DNA of 64,000 nucleotides from Hypanus sabinus (lineage: Eukaryota): contig NC_082722.1 of the NCBI RefSeq assembly GCF_030144855.1, positions 1,736,001-1,800,000 of the forward strand. The letters run 5' to 3'. The position numbers and the translations under genes were made by a program. Position 1 is the stretch's first letter; each line of letters starts with the position of its first letter. Shown here piece after piece: positions 10,192-22,600 of the stretch. The notes under the pieces are model-generated. The model was not told the origin of the DNA. It saw only the letters and a list, made by a program, of their open reading frames with translations, and did no database searches.

Positions 10192-13100
10192 GTACGTATT
10201 AATGTTATCTTAATGATTTCTCTTTCTTGTGTTGTTTCCCAAAACAATAAGTAAATGCCAATGCTACATTTTCGATTGGAATATAAAAGAGTTTGGCATT
10301 GTAACTTTTTTTTTCATCGTGTCTCAGTCTTTTCCGATAACGTTAAGGTAGCCATAGTATGCACTATTCTAAATCTTGTTCTAAGTGCAGATGTAATTTT
10401 TGTTCCGTGAGTTCCAACAAAGGACACTGTGCTCCGAAGACATTCGTTCGATTGAAATTTACAGTCATTTATTATATGCACATATTTGCCCAAGTAACAT
10501 TTCACAGATATTCTCAATATTGATGAATTTACAGAAATGTTAAAAATTGAGATTCAACCAAAACTGTTAAATATAGTGCACAGTACACATAATATTTGTT
10601 TTGCTGTAGCGTTTCAATGATCTCTTTCTGCTCTTACTATGTCAGCTGCAATTTAATTTTTTGAATCACTGAAGTTGAGAATTAAGCAGAGGTAAACTAT
10701 ATCGTGCCAAGGTCCTAAAAGTTTCAAATATAGTTCCGAAGTGAAATATATTAGAAATATTTTTATGATTGTCTGCAGAAATATCCTGCTGTCATTTTCG
10801 GGCGCTTTTCGAAATGAATTAATTGGCACACTTAACATGTTTTGCACATAAAATAAAGAACAAAATAGTTGTCTGTGAAGCTGCGTTGATGAAGAAATTG
10901 AAACTCGATTGAGAAAGGAAGGTAGGTAAAAGTGCTGACGCTTTTACCTAATTAATATTATTATATTATAACCCTAATTATTATTAGCACTGTTCTTGTG
11001 GAAATGTAAAATTGCGTTATTCGGATGTTTGGCGATAAGAAGCAGAACCTGCTGTGCACACGTCATGTGCAGTATCGCTCTGTTTGAATAAAAAATACCC
11101 CATTGCCAAAAAGATCGTTGTTGTCAACAGCATGTGTTTATATCACATATACGACTTTTATTTGATTTAGTTGCAGAAGCTCAGATTAAGGTGTCGCAGT
11201 CTCCTCAGGTCAGCAATCGTGTCGTCGGTGAAAGCACAATGATCTATTGCGGAGTGGGGTATTTGAAGGAAAACCCAGACGTTGAGGTTTACTGGTGGAA
11301 AGTTGGAGAAAAAGGATTTCTGCAGTCAGTTTATGACAGAAGAAAACTTTTTACACCGCTGGAAAGAGGAAAGGCCACATTTCAGCTGCTGAATATCAGC
11401 GTCAGTGACAGGGGATTATATTACTGCGGAGTGAAAAAACAGCTTGAACCAATGTCAAATGGAACCGGAACAAAATTAGTTGTTCATGGTAGGTGTAATT
11501 TAAATGCGAATGTCTTCCATAAATATTTAAAATATCATTGAACAGTAATAGCAAGCTATCTGTAGCAATCTACATAATTTTTATACTTTCAGTTCGCGCC
11601 AGATTCGTACATTGCTTGTCTTCAGGAAATTTGTCTAATTTTTCTTTGTCAGCAAATAAAATCTGAAATGATGTTTCGTTAAGCGGTTGTAGTTGTAAAC
11701 CTTTGTTTCAGGTGTTCTGATGTACAACGAAGTGCCTTTTTTGGTATGAAGGGGGTGGGGGTGGGTGGTTGGTTAAAGCACAGGATCGAAAGAAGCTACA
11801 GAAAGTTGTAAGATTAGTCGGCTCCGTCATGGGTACCAGCCTCCGTAGCATCCAAGATATCTTCACAAGCGGTCCCTCAGGAAGGCGGCGTCCATTGTTC
11901 AGGACGCACCGAAGGGTCTCGCCGGTTGACTGTACTTCTTTCTCTTTGCATACTGCCTGGCCTGCTGAGTTTTCAGCGTTTTGTGTGAGTTGCTTGGCCC
12001 GAATCGACGACTGTTTATCGCTTTCCATAGATGCTGCCAAACCTGCTGAGTTCCATCAGCGTTTTGTGTGTGTTGCTTGAGTAAATCAATTACAGTGTAC
12101 GTATATAGGGAAATGTAAGGTCATGTAGTTTGGTAGAAGAAATAAGGGCATGGAATGTTTTCTGATCAGTGATCAGATTCAGGGATCGGAGGTACAAACA
12201 GACTTGGGAGTGCTCGTGCATGATCCCCTCAAGGTTAACTTGCATGTCGGGTCGGTGGGAAGAAAGGCAGAAGTAATGTTCGCATTTATTTCGAGAGGAA
12301 TGGAATATAAAAGAAAGAATGTAATGCGCGACTTTATGAGGCATTGGTAAGATCGGGGTTGTCCCGTTTGTTTAAGAAAATGTATTTATACTTGAGAGGG
12401 CCTGGAACATGTTCACTAGAATGTTTGCGGAGATGAAAGAGTTAAATTTTAAGAATGGTTTCATGGCTCTGGGCCTGTATTCACTGGAGATTTGAAGAAT
12501 GAAAACAGAATCTTCAAACACGAGGAAATCTGCAGATGCCGGAAATTCAAACAACACACACAAAATGCTGGTGGAACACAGCTATTTAGGACGGACGAAC
12601 AGTCTCGGCCCGAAAAGTCGACAGTGCTTTTCCCATTAGATGCTGCCTGGCCTGCTGTGTTCCACCAGCATTTTGTGTGCGTTGAAAGCAGAATCTTCCC
12701 GCTTTTGCCGTCTCACCTGTCAGTAGAAACAGTTCCACCGGGGTTAATTGCTAAGCCACATGGTGAATGCCAGAAGCTGAACTTTGTTGTCATAGGCTAT
12801 TTGAGACCCACGCCACTGGGAGCATTTCATCGGCAGTGGGAGCTTATCCCCCCGACTCTCCACCTCCGACTGTAACAACCTTTAAGTTAAAATGTATCCG
12901 ATTGTTGAGTTAATGTCGTAGATTGTAGTTAACGGATAATTGCACGTTTGTGATGGAAAATAACTTGTATTGCTTCGTTTTATCTCTCAGGAAATGACGG
13001 GGATTTACACTATTGGTGATCTTAATGATTTCGAACATTCTTTTTGCTTTGTTCTGCAGTCCCGCCAAGTCCATTAAGTATAGCATACAATGAAACACAA

Positions 13101-13593
13101 AACAGTGGTTCCGCGACTGTCATTTTTGTATGTACAGCTGCCGAATTCTACCCAGAGAACATCAATATTTCTTGGTACAAGAATGGTTTGATGATTAAGA
13201 CCGGGATGCAATCAAAATTGCATTTAAGTGCAAATGGTCTGTATGTCGCTACCAGCATTTTGGAGGAGGCATCACCTGTCAAGAGCGGGACTACTTACAC
13301 TTGCCTGGCAAACCACCGTACGGGACAAACGGCAACCGACATCAGGTTCATCCCAGCGGGCACAGAGAGTACAACAGATATTCAAGGTAAACAAATTAAT
13401 TCTACTAATCATAAATAGCATCCAGAAATAAATTCCGACAGATTATTTTAGTTACTTTCTACAACGTCATGAGCGTGTTTATAAATCTGCGTTAAATGAT
13501 AGCTGTACACAAGAAAGGTGAGGCGGTATGTGCTTCAACACTTTAGTGGCGAAATTGATCTGGAAACTATTATCTAGAGAAGGGCAACACACG

Positions 13594-13636
<43 letters not shown>

Positions 13637-16600
13637 AATGTCAGAAAAATGATATTAGCTCCCACGATACTCAACGTATCTGACAAATCAAGTTTCTGCA
13701 TGATATTTGGTGCTTTTTTATCCTCCAAGGTTCCGAGAGCAGAAACTGGAATATAGTCTACCGGTTCGCAGGATGTGGATTCCCATTCCTGTCTATCATC
13801 GCAATTGCATGTGTCATAAAGCTAAGGAAACTTCGAGGTATGAATTTCTGAATTTGCTTCAGCTTCAGAGGTGTCTTCGTGGTTTAATTGAAGTAAATAT
13901 ATTAATTGAAGTAAATATATTAATAAGTAAATATATTAATTAATATATTAATTGAAGTAAATATATTAATATGAAGGAAATATATTAATATGGTACAAGA
14001 TTTAGACACAGCACTCGCACGTCGACATCACTAGCAAATGGACAGTGCAATATTGAATGTACGAAGACAAGTTGTAAGGGTGCTTTATGAATCAAATAAC
14101 ATGATAGTTGTCTCAAGAGATGCTGGTAACCGGATAGAGCAAATATTCTGGCAACATCCCGCTTTAAAAATAGCTCCGGCTTTTCTGTAAACCTCTTTCT
14201 CGTGTGCTCTGCATTTAATTATGATTATCTGTGTTGTTTCTATTCAGGTTTTTTACGCGTTATTGTTAGGTCTTCTCGAGTTCATATATAAGCTGCAAAT
14301 CTCGTTGAATACTTCCAACATTCTCTGAGACTTTGCAGGTATTTAATTATCTTTGAACTGTTGTCCCTTTTAGAATGGTTACTTCTAAACTTGTTATGAT
14401 TCTGGGGTTTTATCAGATGGGCACGGATTCTTTCGTGCCCTCGAGCACTAATCCCTCGATGTCTCAGTCCTGATCCTTTCCCATTGATATTTCGGCAGTT
14501 TGAATCGGAGCGTCTCAAGTCCTTGTAAGTTCCACTGTCCAAGCAATCAGGAACAGCGCCAAAGGTGTCATACGGTATCGAAAGGTCCAAAACCCATCTG
14601 ATCCCGAGCGTGTCGATGGGAACGCTGAGCCTTGTCGGGCTTCCTAGCGTTGTGCTATCTGGTCTTCGATTCGTTACCTTTCCTGTTTCCCACTGAAAGT
14701 AGCAAGGTTGCATATATGATCTTCCTACTGTCGGTTAAGCCTCTGGCGTGGTCTACGGCGCTGCGAGTGAGAAATGCTCCCAAAAGTTCGACCATTGGCA
14801 CGTTCACGAGTCCCATAATAAGGGTCTTCCATCACCCCTTCGTGCAAGGGGGTGGGGTGGGGAAGGCGGGTTGGCAGACTTCTCGGTGCGACGAGGGTTA
14901 CAGAACGTGATCGAGTACTCGAATATTGTGAGTCAGACGCTGGCCCTTGAGAGGGGTGGAACTCTTCGTATTGTTCTGCAGCGATCTAAATGCAAAGCTC
15001 AAGAGCGAAGTGGAGGGCCTTAAGCTTGTGCAAGACCTTAATGGACTCCCCGACGATATTCAAATGCCAGATGGTGCATCATGGCGAATTCACCAGATAT
15101 GATTCCCATTATCCCCGTTCTTCAGCCACATTTTCTACTATCCAAGTACCTTACTGTCAGCTTCCCCATCAGTACAATGCAATTGGGCAGAACCCGTCTC
15201 ACCCCTGCTGAGCAGAACAGGAGGATGAGAGGCTTATTGGGAAGAAGTATTGCACTTGCAACCAACTTGTCCTGAGAGTTCGTGAAACTCGAAAAGCCAT
15301 TTAGTAGAAGAATGTCTGTGATGATCCCAAATATATCCCTAATTCTACCAACTCTAGTGTATATATGCCAGGTTTATTACCTGGGCTGCAAGTGACTAGC
15401 CCTTTGGGAAATTTATAGACTGCTGCTCAGCAGGTAGTTTTTTAATCGGGGGTTTCCCCACAAGTGGCAGTCCCAATCTCCTGAGAGTCTCCGCCCTTAC
15501 TGGTAGACCGCATGATCCAGAAAAGTTGATGTCATGTTTCAGTGACACACTCGCTTTCAGATACGGGGCCATTCTGGAATTCTTAGATTTCACATTTCAC
15601 ATTTCGAGCCCCAGCTATGGCGGAGAGGTTGGAGCGCGATGTACCAGGCAAAAAGTTTGTGCCCCCAATTCATGGGATGTAGATTCCCAAGACAGACAAA
15701 CTTTTGAAGGAATCATCAGGTTCCAGAAGATGATGCTCATGGCCGATTATCTATCCTATCATAAACAAGAGAAAATTTACAGATTCTGAAAATCGAAGCA
15801 ACACACAATAATGCTGGAGGAACTCAGCAGGCCAGGCAGCATCCACGGAGAAGAGTGCAGAGGACGTTTGGTGCCGAGATCCTTCAGCAGGACTGGTGAA
15901 CCCTGCCTTGTCTGATGCGGTCACACTTCCAAGATAACAAGTCACCCGCGTATCAAGTGGACTCTAGAGTTAATTAAAGATGATACTGGGTGCCCGGTTT
16001 ATATAAGGAGGTTTCGTGCAGGCTTCTGACATATGTACCCGTTACCAAGATCCTATTTCTTCTCCTAAAGTCTTTCTTCAACCTCTATCCATTCCTTCAC
16101 GTCCTTTGTCTCAGCTTTTTCTACATTTCAATAACTATTTGCTCCTATTAAATTCCTTTTCTATTATTTTAGTTATGGTCGATAGGTTTTACAAAGCTTG
16201 CTAATTCATCCCTCAAACCTACCTACCAAGAAAGCGCAGAAGTTCCCAAACGCCAGGACTTTTGTATGCATATTTTCCGCACTGATATTGATTCTAACAC
16301 ATGCCCTTAATTTACAGCCACATTCTGAGAAGTCATCCCTCATGTTTTAGCCTGAGAGTAATGGACAGACTAAGAGGGTGAGCCATGACCTGGAGCGGAA
16401 ACGTCACTGCCTAGTATCCGCTAATCTATCCTCTTGGGTGACCATTTAATCTGTGGGGAGTTCGCCCATCAATACACTTCAACATTCATCATTGTGTATG
16501 ACGCATTTTGAATGTCAAATCGCGTTTCAGCCTCTTCTCGTCCCCGATCAGGAGGCAGAATTTGGTATCCCCTCAGCCTAACAATTTTTCGGAGCTGGAA

Positions 16601-19600
16601 AGAAAGGTGGCAGAAGGCCAAAAAGACCACGGCAGCGAGTTAATCCCGGCAACGGGCCAAGGCCAACAGAAAGAGTCAGCTGCATCACTCTTTCTATATT
16701 GGTCAGCGGGTTTGGCTTTCACCTGTTTATCCTCCTCCAGACCTCGAATCTCGCAAAATTGCTACTTGTTTTATCAGTCCCTTTAACATCATCAGGGAAA
16801 TTAACCCTTTCACATACAAGCAAAAAAAATGTCCTGTTCTCTGAGAAAACATACCGCCATTCATGTATCTATATTGAAATTTTTACTTTATAGCCCTTTG
16901 ACCCCGATTCCCAAGCCATCCCCTCTCACCAAAGACCACAGACAGTGCAAAGCAGTCCGCAGTCTGCTTTATTTACGGATATTAAGGAGACAACTACAAG
17001 TTTTGGTAGACTGGGAGGGATGTGATTCGGAGGTACGTGCTGCGCTCCTTCCTACAATATTTTGGATCTGGAGCTTATTTCATAATTCCATCGTTTGCAT
17101 CGAGATTGTACTTGGCTGTCAGGTACCGCGCGTATTTGGACGGGTTCTGTAACGACTTCGGGTCGTCAGTAGAGTATTCCGTGGTCTCTGAGTATTTCGC
17201 GGTTGTTTTTGTTTTGTGTGCTCAGCGTTTTATTAATTAGAACTATCTGTATCGTTGCGCATTCAGAGCTTTATGTGTTATTGTTAGCTGTCTGCCGAGG
17301 CTTTGCGACTGTCCAGTTACCTATCCCTGATCTTTTGACTCTTATTGGAGAAGCATTTTGGGTGAATGTGTGATCCTGTACTTGGGGCCAACGAGGTAGC
17401 GTGTCAGATGCCCTTGCTAATCAAGAAACTATCAACCGCTGCTTTAAATACACACAAAAACGGCCTTCACAGCCATTGTGGCAATGAATTCCACAAGTTC
17501 AGCGTCGTTTAATTCTCCATCATCTCCGTGCTGAAGGGGCGTTCTTCTACTTTGAGTCTGTGCCCTCTTGTATTCGAGGAATGTTCTATAAGAAAATCCT
17601 CTGCACGTCCGCTCTATCAAAGACTTACAATATTCCATAACTTTCAATGAGATGACCGCCCCAGGCCCATTCTCATTCTTATAAACGGCGGCTAGTACAG
17701 ACAATTAAGTGCTTTTATACGTTAACCATTTCATTCCCAGGATAATTTTCGTGAACATAATCGGAAATGTTCGACTTAGATTAATACAATATAATTTTTA
17801 CGTCAATTATATTTAACACCACAGAAAATAAATAGATTAAATTCAAATATGTCTGATCAATGTTGTCGATGTAATCAAGAAATTTGTACTTTTTTTTACA
17901 TTCTACTTGGTCTTGTTTTAAAATTCAACCATTTTGGATAAATCTAAGACTTTTATTGGAACAAATTACTGGAGTACAACTCCCACATGGTCCAGTATTA
18001 TTTTTATTAGGAGACATTGAAGGGACAATACCGAAACTTAAATTGAATAAGTATCAGAAAGAAATTATAAAAAATGCATTGGCAATAGCCAAAAAAGTTA
18101 TCGCAGTTACTTGGAAATCTGATTTATATTTAACTATGGATCGTTGGAATAATGAAATACATAGTTGTATTCCACTTGAAAAAATTACAAACAATCTAAG
18201 AAATGAATATGATATATTTTTGAAAATTTGGCTCCCATACCTACAAAAGACAGGATTAAATACATAGGTCCTTTGAAGATAAAATTATAAAGTAATTGGG
18301 CAAAGTAAAAATAAATATTAAAATTATTTTGAACTCCACGGAGCATGTGGGGATCCTCCGATATCCAGACAATCTTTCTCTATTTTTTTTCTTTCTTTAC
18401 ATAAGGGTTAAGGGTGGGGGGGGGAGGGTTAATATTATTGTTCTCACTATTTTATTCTCACATTTATTCTTTGTAATTTTCTAAAATTTAATAAATTAAA
18501 AAAACATTATCCGTACCCTCTTCAATGACAGCACATCCTTTCTTAGATAAATTGCCCCAAACTGTTCATAATACTCCAAGTATGGTATGAATAATGCCTT
18601 ATAACACTTCGGTATTATTTGTCTTCTTTGGTATTCTAGTCCTCGCGAAGTAAATGCCAACTGTGCATTCCTGACCACCAACTGAACCCGCAAATTAACC
18701 TTAGGGAAATTATTCACGAGTACCTGCAATGCCCCATTGCACTTCTGACATATGAACATTCTCACTGTTTAGAAAATAGTATACATTTTTAATCCTTCTA
18801 TAAAAATGTATGACCATACACTTTCCTGCACTCTATTTCATCCGCCATTTCTTTACTTATTCCCCTAAGCTTTCTAAGTTCAACTGCAGAATCCGTCCAT
18901 CCTCAACACTATCTGCTCCTGCACCCACCTACGTATCCTTCAAAACATTGACAAAATCTTACACCTTGCAAATATGCTATCTGATTATCCAATAAAATAC
19001 CATCCGATCCTCTTCATTTTCGTCGTGCCCATCAAAGAATTCCCACAGTTATGGCAGGGAAAATTTCCTTTAAAGCAAACAAGGCTCTCGTTAGTCTTTA
19101 TTATCATATGCCTACCGGAAACCTTATTAGCATATTCATGCCTGCAATGCCTGCTGAGACGGTGATGTGCCTCTCCTGTGAGATGTGGCAGTCTTGGGGG
19201 GAGCTCCCCTCTCCTGCAGAGTCACATCTGCCAGAAGTGCTTGCGGCTGGGCGATCTGGAAGAGCGTGTGAGGAATCTGGAGCAGCAGCTGGATGACCTT
19301 CGACTCATAAGGGAAAATGAGGCGGTCACAGATGAGAGCTACAGGGAAGTAGTCACACCTCGGCTGCCGGAAGCAGGTCGTTGGGTGACAGTCCGAGGGG
19401 GGAAAGCGAAGGAGAGTGGACAGGTAGTACAGAGCACCCCTGTAGCCATTCCCTGAATTATAAGCTTACCGTCCTGGATGCTGTTGGTGAGGACGACCGA
19501 CCAGGTGTGAGCCACGGTGGCAGGGCCTCTGGCACTGAGTCTGACCCTGTGGTGCAGAAGGATGGGATGGAAAAGAAGAGGAGAGCTGTCGACTTTGGAG

Positions 19601-22600
19601 ACTTTATAGTCAGGGGAGCAGACAGGAGATTTTGTGGACGTGAGAAGGAAACCCGCGTGGTTTGCTGCCTCCCGGGTGCCCGGGTCCGGGATGTCTCTGA
19701 ACGGGTGCATGACATCCTGGTACGAGAGGGAAAGCAACCAGAAGTCGTGATACATGTTGGGACCAACGACATAGGCAGAAAGAGGGATGAGGTCCTGAAG
19801 TGTGAGTTTCGGGAACTAGGCAGAAGGCTGAAGAACAGGACCTCAAGGGTGGCGTTCTCAGGATTGCTGCCAGTACTATGTGATAGTGATGGTAAGAATT
19901 GGAGGAGATGGCAGTTGAATGCGTGGCTGAGGATTTGGTGCAGGGTGCAGGGTTTTAGATTTTTGGACCATTGGGATCTCTTCTGGGGGAGGTAGGACCT
20001 GTACAGATTGGATGGGTTGCACCTGAACTCGAGGGGGAGCAATATCCTTACAGGTAAGTTTGCTAGCATCGTTCGGGAGGGTCTAAACTCATTTGCAAGG
20101 GGGATGGGACCCATAGCGATAAAGCAGTGAAAGAAGTGCATTGAGTAAAGCCAGATCTAACATATAGAGAGGCTTTGAGGAAAGAGCAGCAGAATAAAGG
20201 GTATAAAGGTAATAAGATAGAAGGGCTAAAGTGTGTGTACTTCAATGAAAGAAGCATCAGGAACAAAGGTGATGAACTGAGAGCTTGGATACACACATGG
20301 AATTATGATGTAGTGGCCATTACGGAGACTTGGCTGGCACCAGGGCAGGAATGGATTCTCAATATTCCTGGATTTCAGTGCTTTAAAAGGGATAGAGGGG
20401 AAGTGGAGGTTGGGTGGCATTACTGGTCAGGGATACTATTACAGCTGCAGAAAGGGTGGGTAATGTAGCAGGATCCTCTTTTGAGTTAGTATGGGTGGAA
20501 GTCAGGAACAGGAAGGGAGTAATTACTCTTCTGGGGGTATTCTATAGGCCCCCTGGTAGCAGCAGAGATACCGAGGAGCAGATTGGGAGGAAGATCTTGG
20601 AAAGGTGCAAAAATAACAGGGTTATTACCATGGGTGACTTCAACTTCCTTAATATGGATTGGCACTTGATTAGTTCCAACGGTTTAGATGGGGCAGAGTT
20701 TGTTAAGTGTGTCCAAGATGGATTCTTGTCACAGTATGTTGACAGGCTGACTAGGGGGATTGCCATACTAGATCTAGTGTTAGGTAACGAACATGTTCAG
20801 ATCACAGATATGTCAGTGGGTAAGCATCCGGGGGACAGTGATCACCATTCCCTGACCTTTAACATTATCATGGAAAAGGATAGATCAGATGGAAGAAGGC
20901 AGCATACGTGAGGTTTAGGAAGCAAGGAACAGATGATTTTGTTGAGGAATATAGGGTAGCAAGAAAGGAAATTAAGAAGGGGCTGAAAAGAGCAAGAAGG
21001 GGGCATGAGAAGGCCTTGTTGAGTAGGGTAAAGGAAAACCCCAAGGCATTCCTCAATTATGTGAAGAACAAAAGGATGACAGGAGTGAAGGTAGGACCGA
21101 TTAGAGATAAAAGTGGGAAGATCTGCCTGGAGGCTGTGGAAGTGAGCGAGGACCTCAATGAATATTTCTCTTTGGTATTCATCAATGAGATGGAACTTGA
21201 GGATGGTGAAGACAATATGAGTGAGGATGATGTTCTGGAGCATGTTGATATTAAGGGAAAGGTGGTGTTGGAGTTGTTAAAATGCATTAGGACATGTAAG
21301 TCCCCGGGGCCTGAAGGAATATTCCCCAGGCTGCTCCATGAGGCAAGGGAAGAGATTGCTGAACTTCTGGCCAGGATCTTTATGGCCTTGTTGTCCACGG
21401 GAATGGTACCGGAGGATTGGAGGGAGGCGAATGTTGTCCCCTTGTTCAAAGAAGGTAGTAGGGATAGTCCCGGTAATTATAGACCAGTGAGCCTTACGTC
21501 TGTGGTGGGAAAGCTGTTGGAAAAGATTCTTATAGGATTTATGGGCATTTAGAGAATCATGGTCTGATTTGCGTTGTGAAGGGCAGATCGTGCCTAACAA
21601 GGCTGATAGATTTCTTTGAGGAAGTGATCAGGCATATAAATGAGGGTAGTTCAATGGGTGTGATCTACCTGGATTTGACAAGGTTCCACACGGTAGGCTT
21701 ATTCAGAAAGTCAGAAGGCATGGGATCCAGGGAAGTTTGGCCAGGTGGATTCAGAATTGGCTTGCCTGCAGAAAGCAGAGGGTCATGGTGGAGGGAGTAC
21801 ATTCAGATTGGAGGGTTGTGACTAGCGGTGTCCCACAAGGATCTGTTCTGGGACCTCTACTTTTTGTGATTTTTATTAACGACCTGGATGTGGGGGTAGA
21901 AGGGTGGGTTGGCAAGTTTGCAGACGACACAAAGGTTGGTGGTGTTATAGATAGTGTAGAGAATTGTCGAAGATTGCAGAGAGACATTGAGAGGATGCAG
22001 AAGTGGGCTGAGAAGTGGCAGATGGAGTTCAACCCGGAGAAGTGTGAGGTGGTACACTTTGGAAGGACAAACTCCAAGGCAGAGTACAAGGTAAAAGACA
22101 GGATACTTGGTAGTGTGGAGGAGCTGAGGAATCTGAGGGTACAAGTCCACAGATCCCTGAAAGTTGCCTCACAGGTAGATAGGGTATTTAAGAAAGCTTA
22201 AGGGATGTTAGCTTTTATAAGTCGAGGGATAGAGTTCAAGAGTTGCGGGGTAATGATGCAGCTCTATAAAACTCTGTTTAGGCCACAGTTGGAGTACTCT
22301 GTCCAGTTCTGGTCACCTCACTATAGGAAGGATGTGGAAGCATTGGAAAGGGTACAGAGGAGATTTACCAGGATGCTGCCTTGTTTAGAGAGCATGGATT
22401 ATGATCAGAGATAAAGGGAGCTAGGGCTTTACTCTCTGGAGAGAAGGAGGATGAGAGGGGACATGATATAGATGTAAAAGATATTAAGAGGAATAGACAG
22501 AGTGGACAGCCAGCGCCTCTTCCCCAGGGCACCACTGCTCAGTACAAGAGGACATGGCTTTAAGGTGAGGAGAGGGAAGTTCAAGGGGGATATTAGAGGA

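Noticed and set aside
11400-11540. Recombination signal sequences or split V-(D)-J segments
   Set aside because: V and the J-like strand are contiguous in one exon. No CACAGTG/ACAAAAACC pair flanks either V exon. The heptamers I noticed (37027, 50104, 57374) lie in or at transposons with no nonamer at 12/23 spacing.
14248-14295. Alternative TM exon for gene A after tattcag|
   Set aside because: The phase-1 reading hits TAA after 14 codons and is not hydrophobic. The segment lies at the edge of a Gypsy remnant and 13730-13837 fits far better.
19458-20141. 227-aa minus-strand ORF and similar antisense ORFs over CR1, Gypsy and Penelope elements
   Set aside because: Shadow ORFs on the opposite strand of retroelement coding sequence, with no independent motifs.
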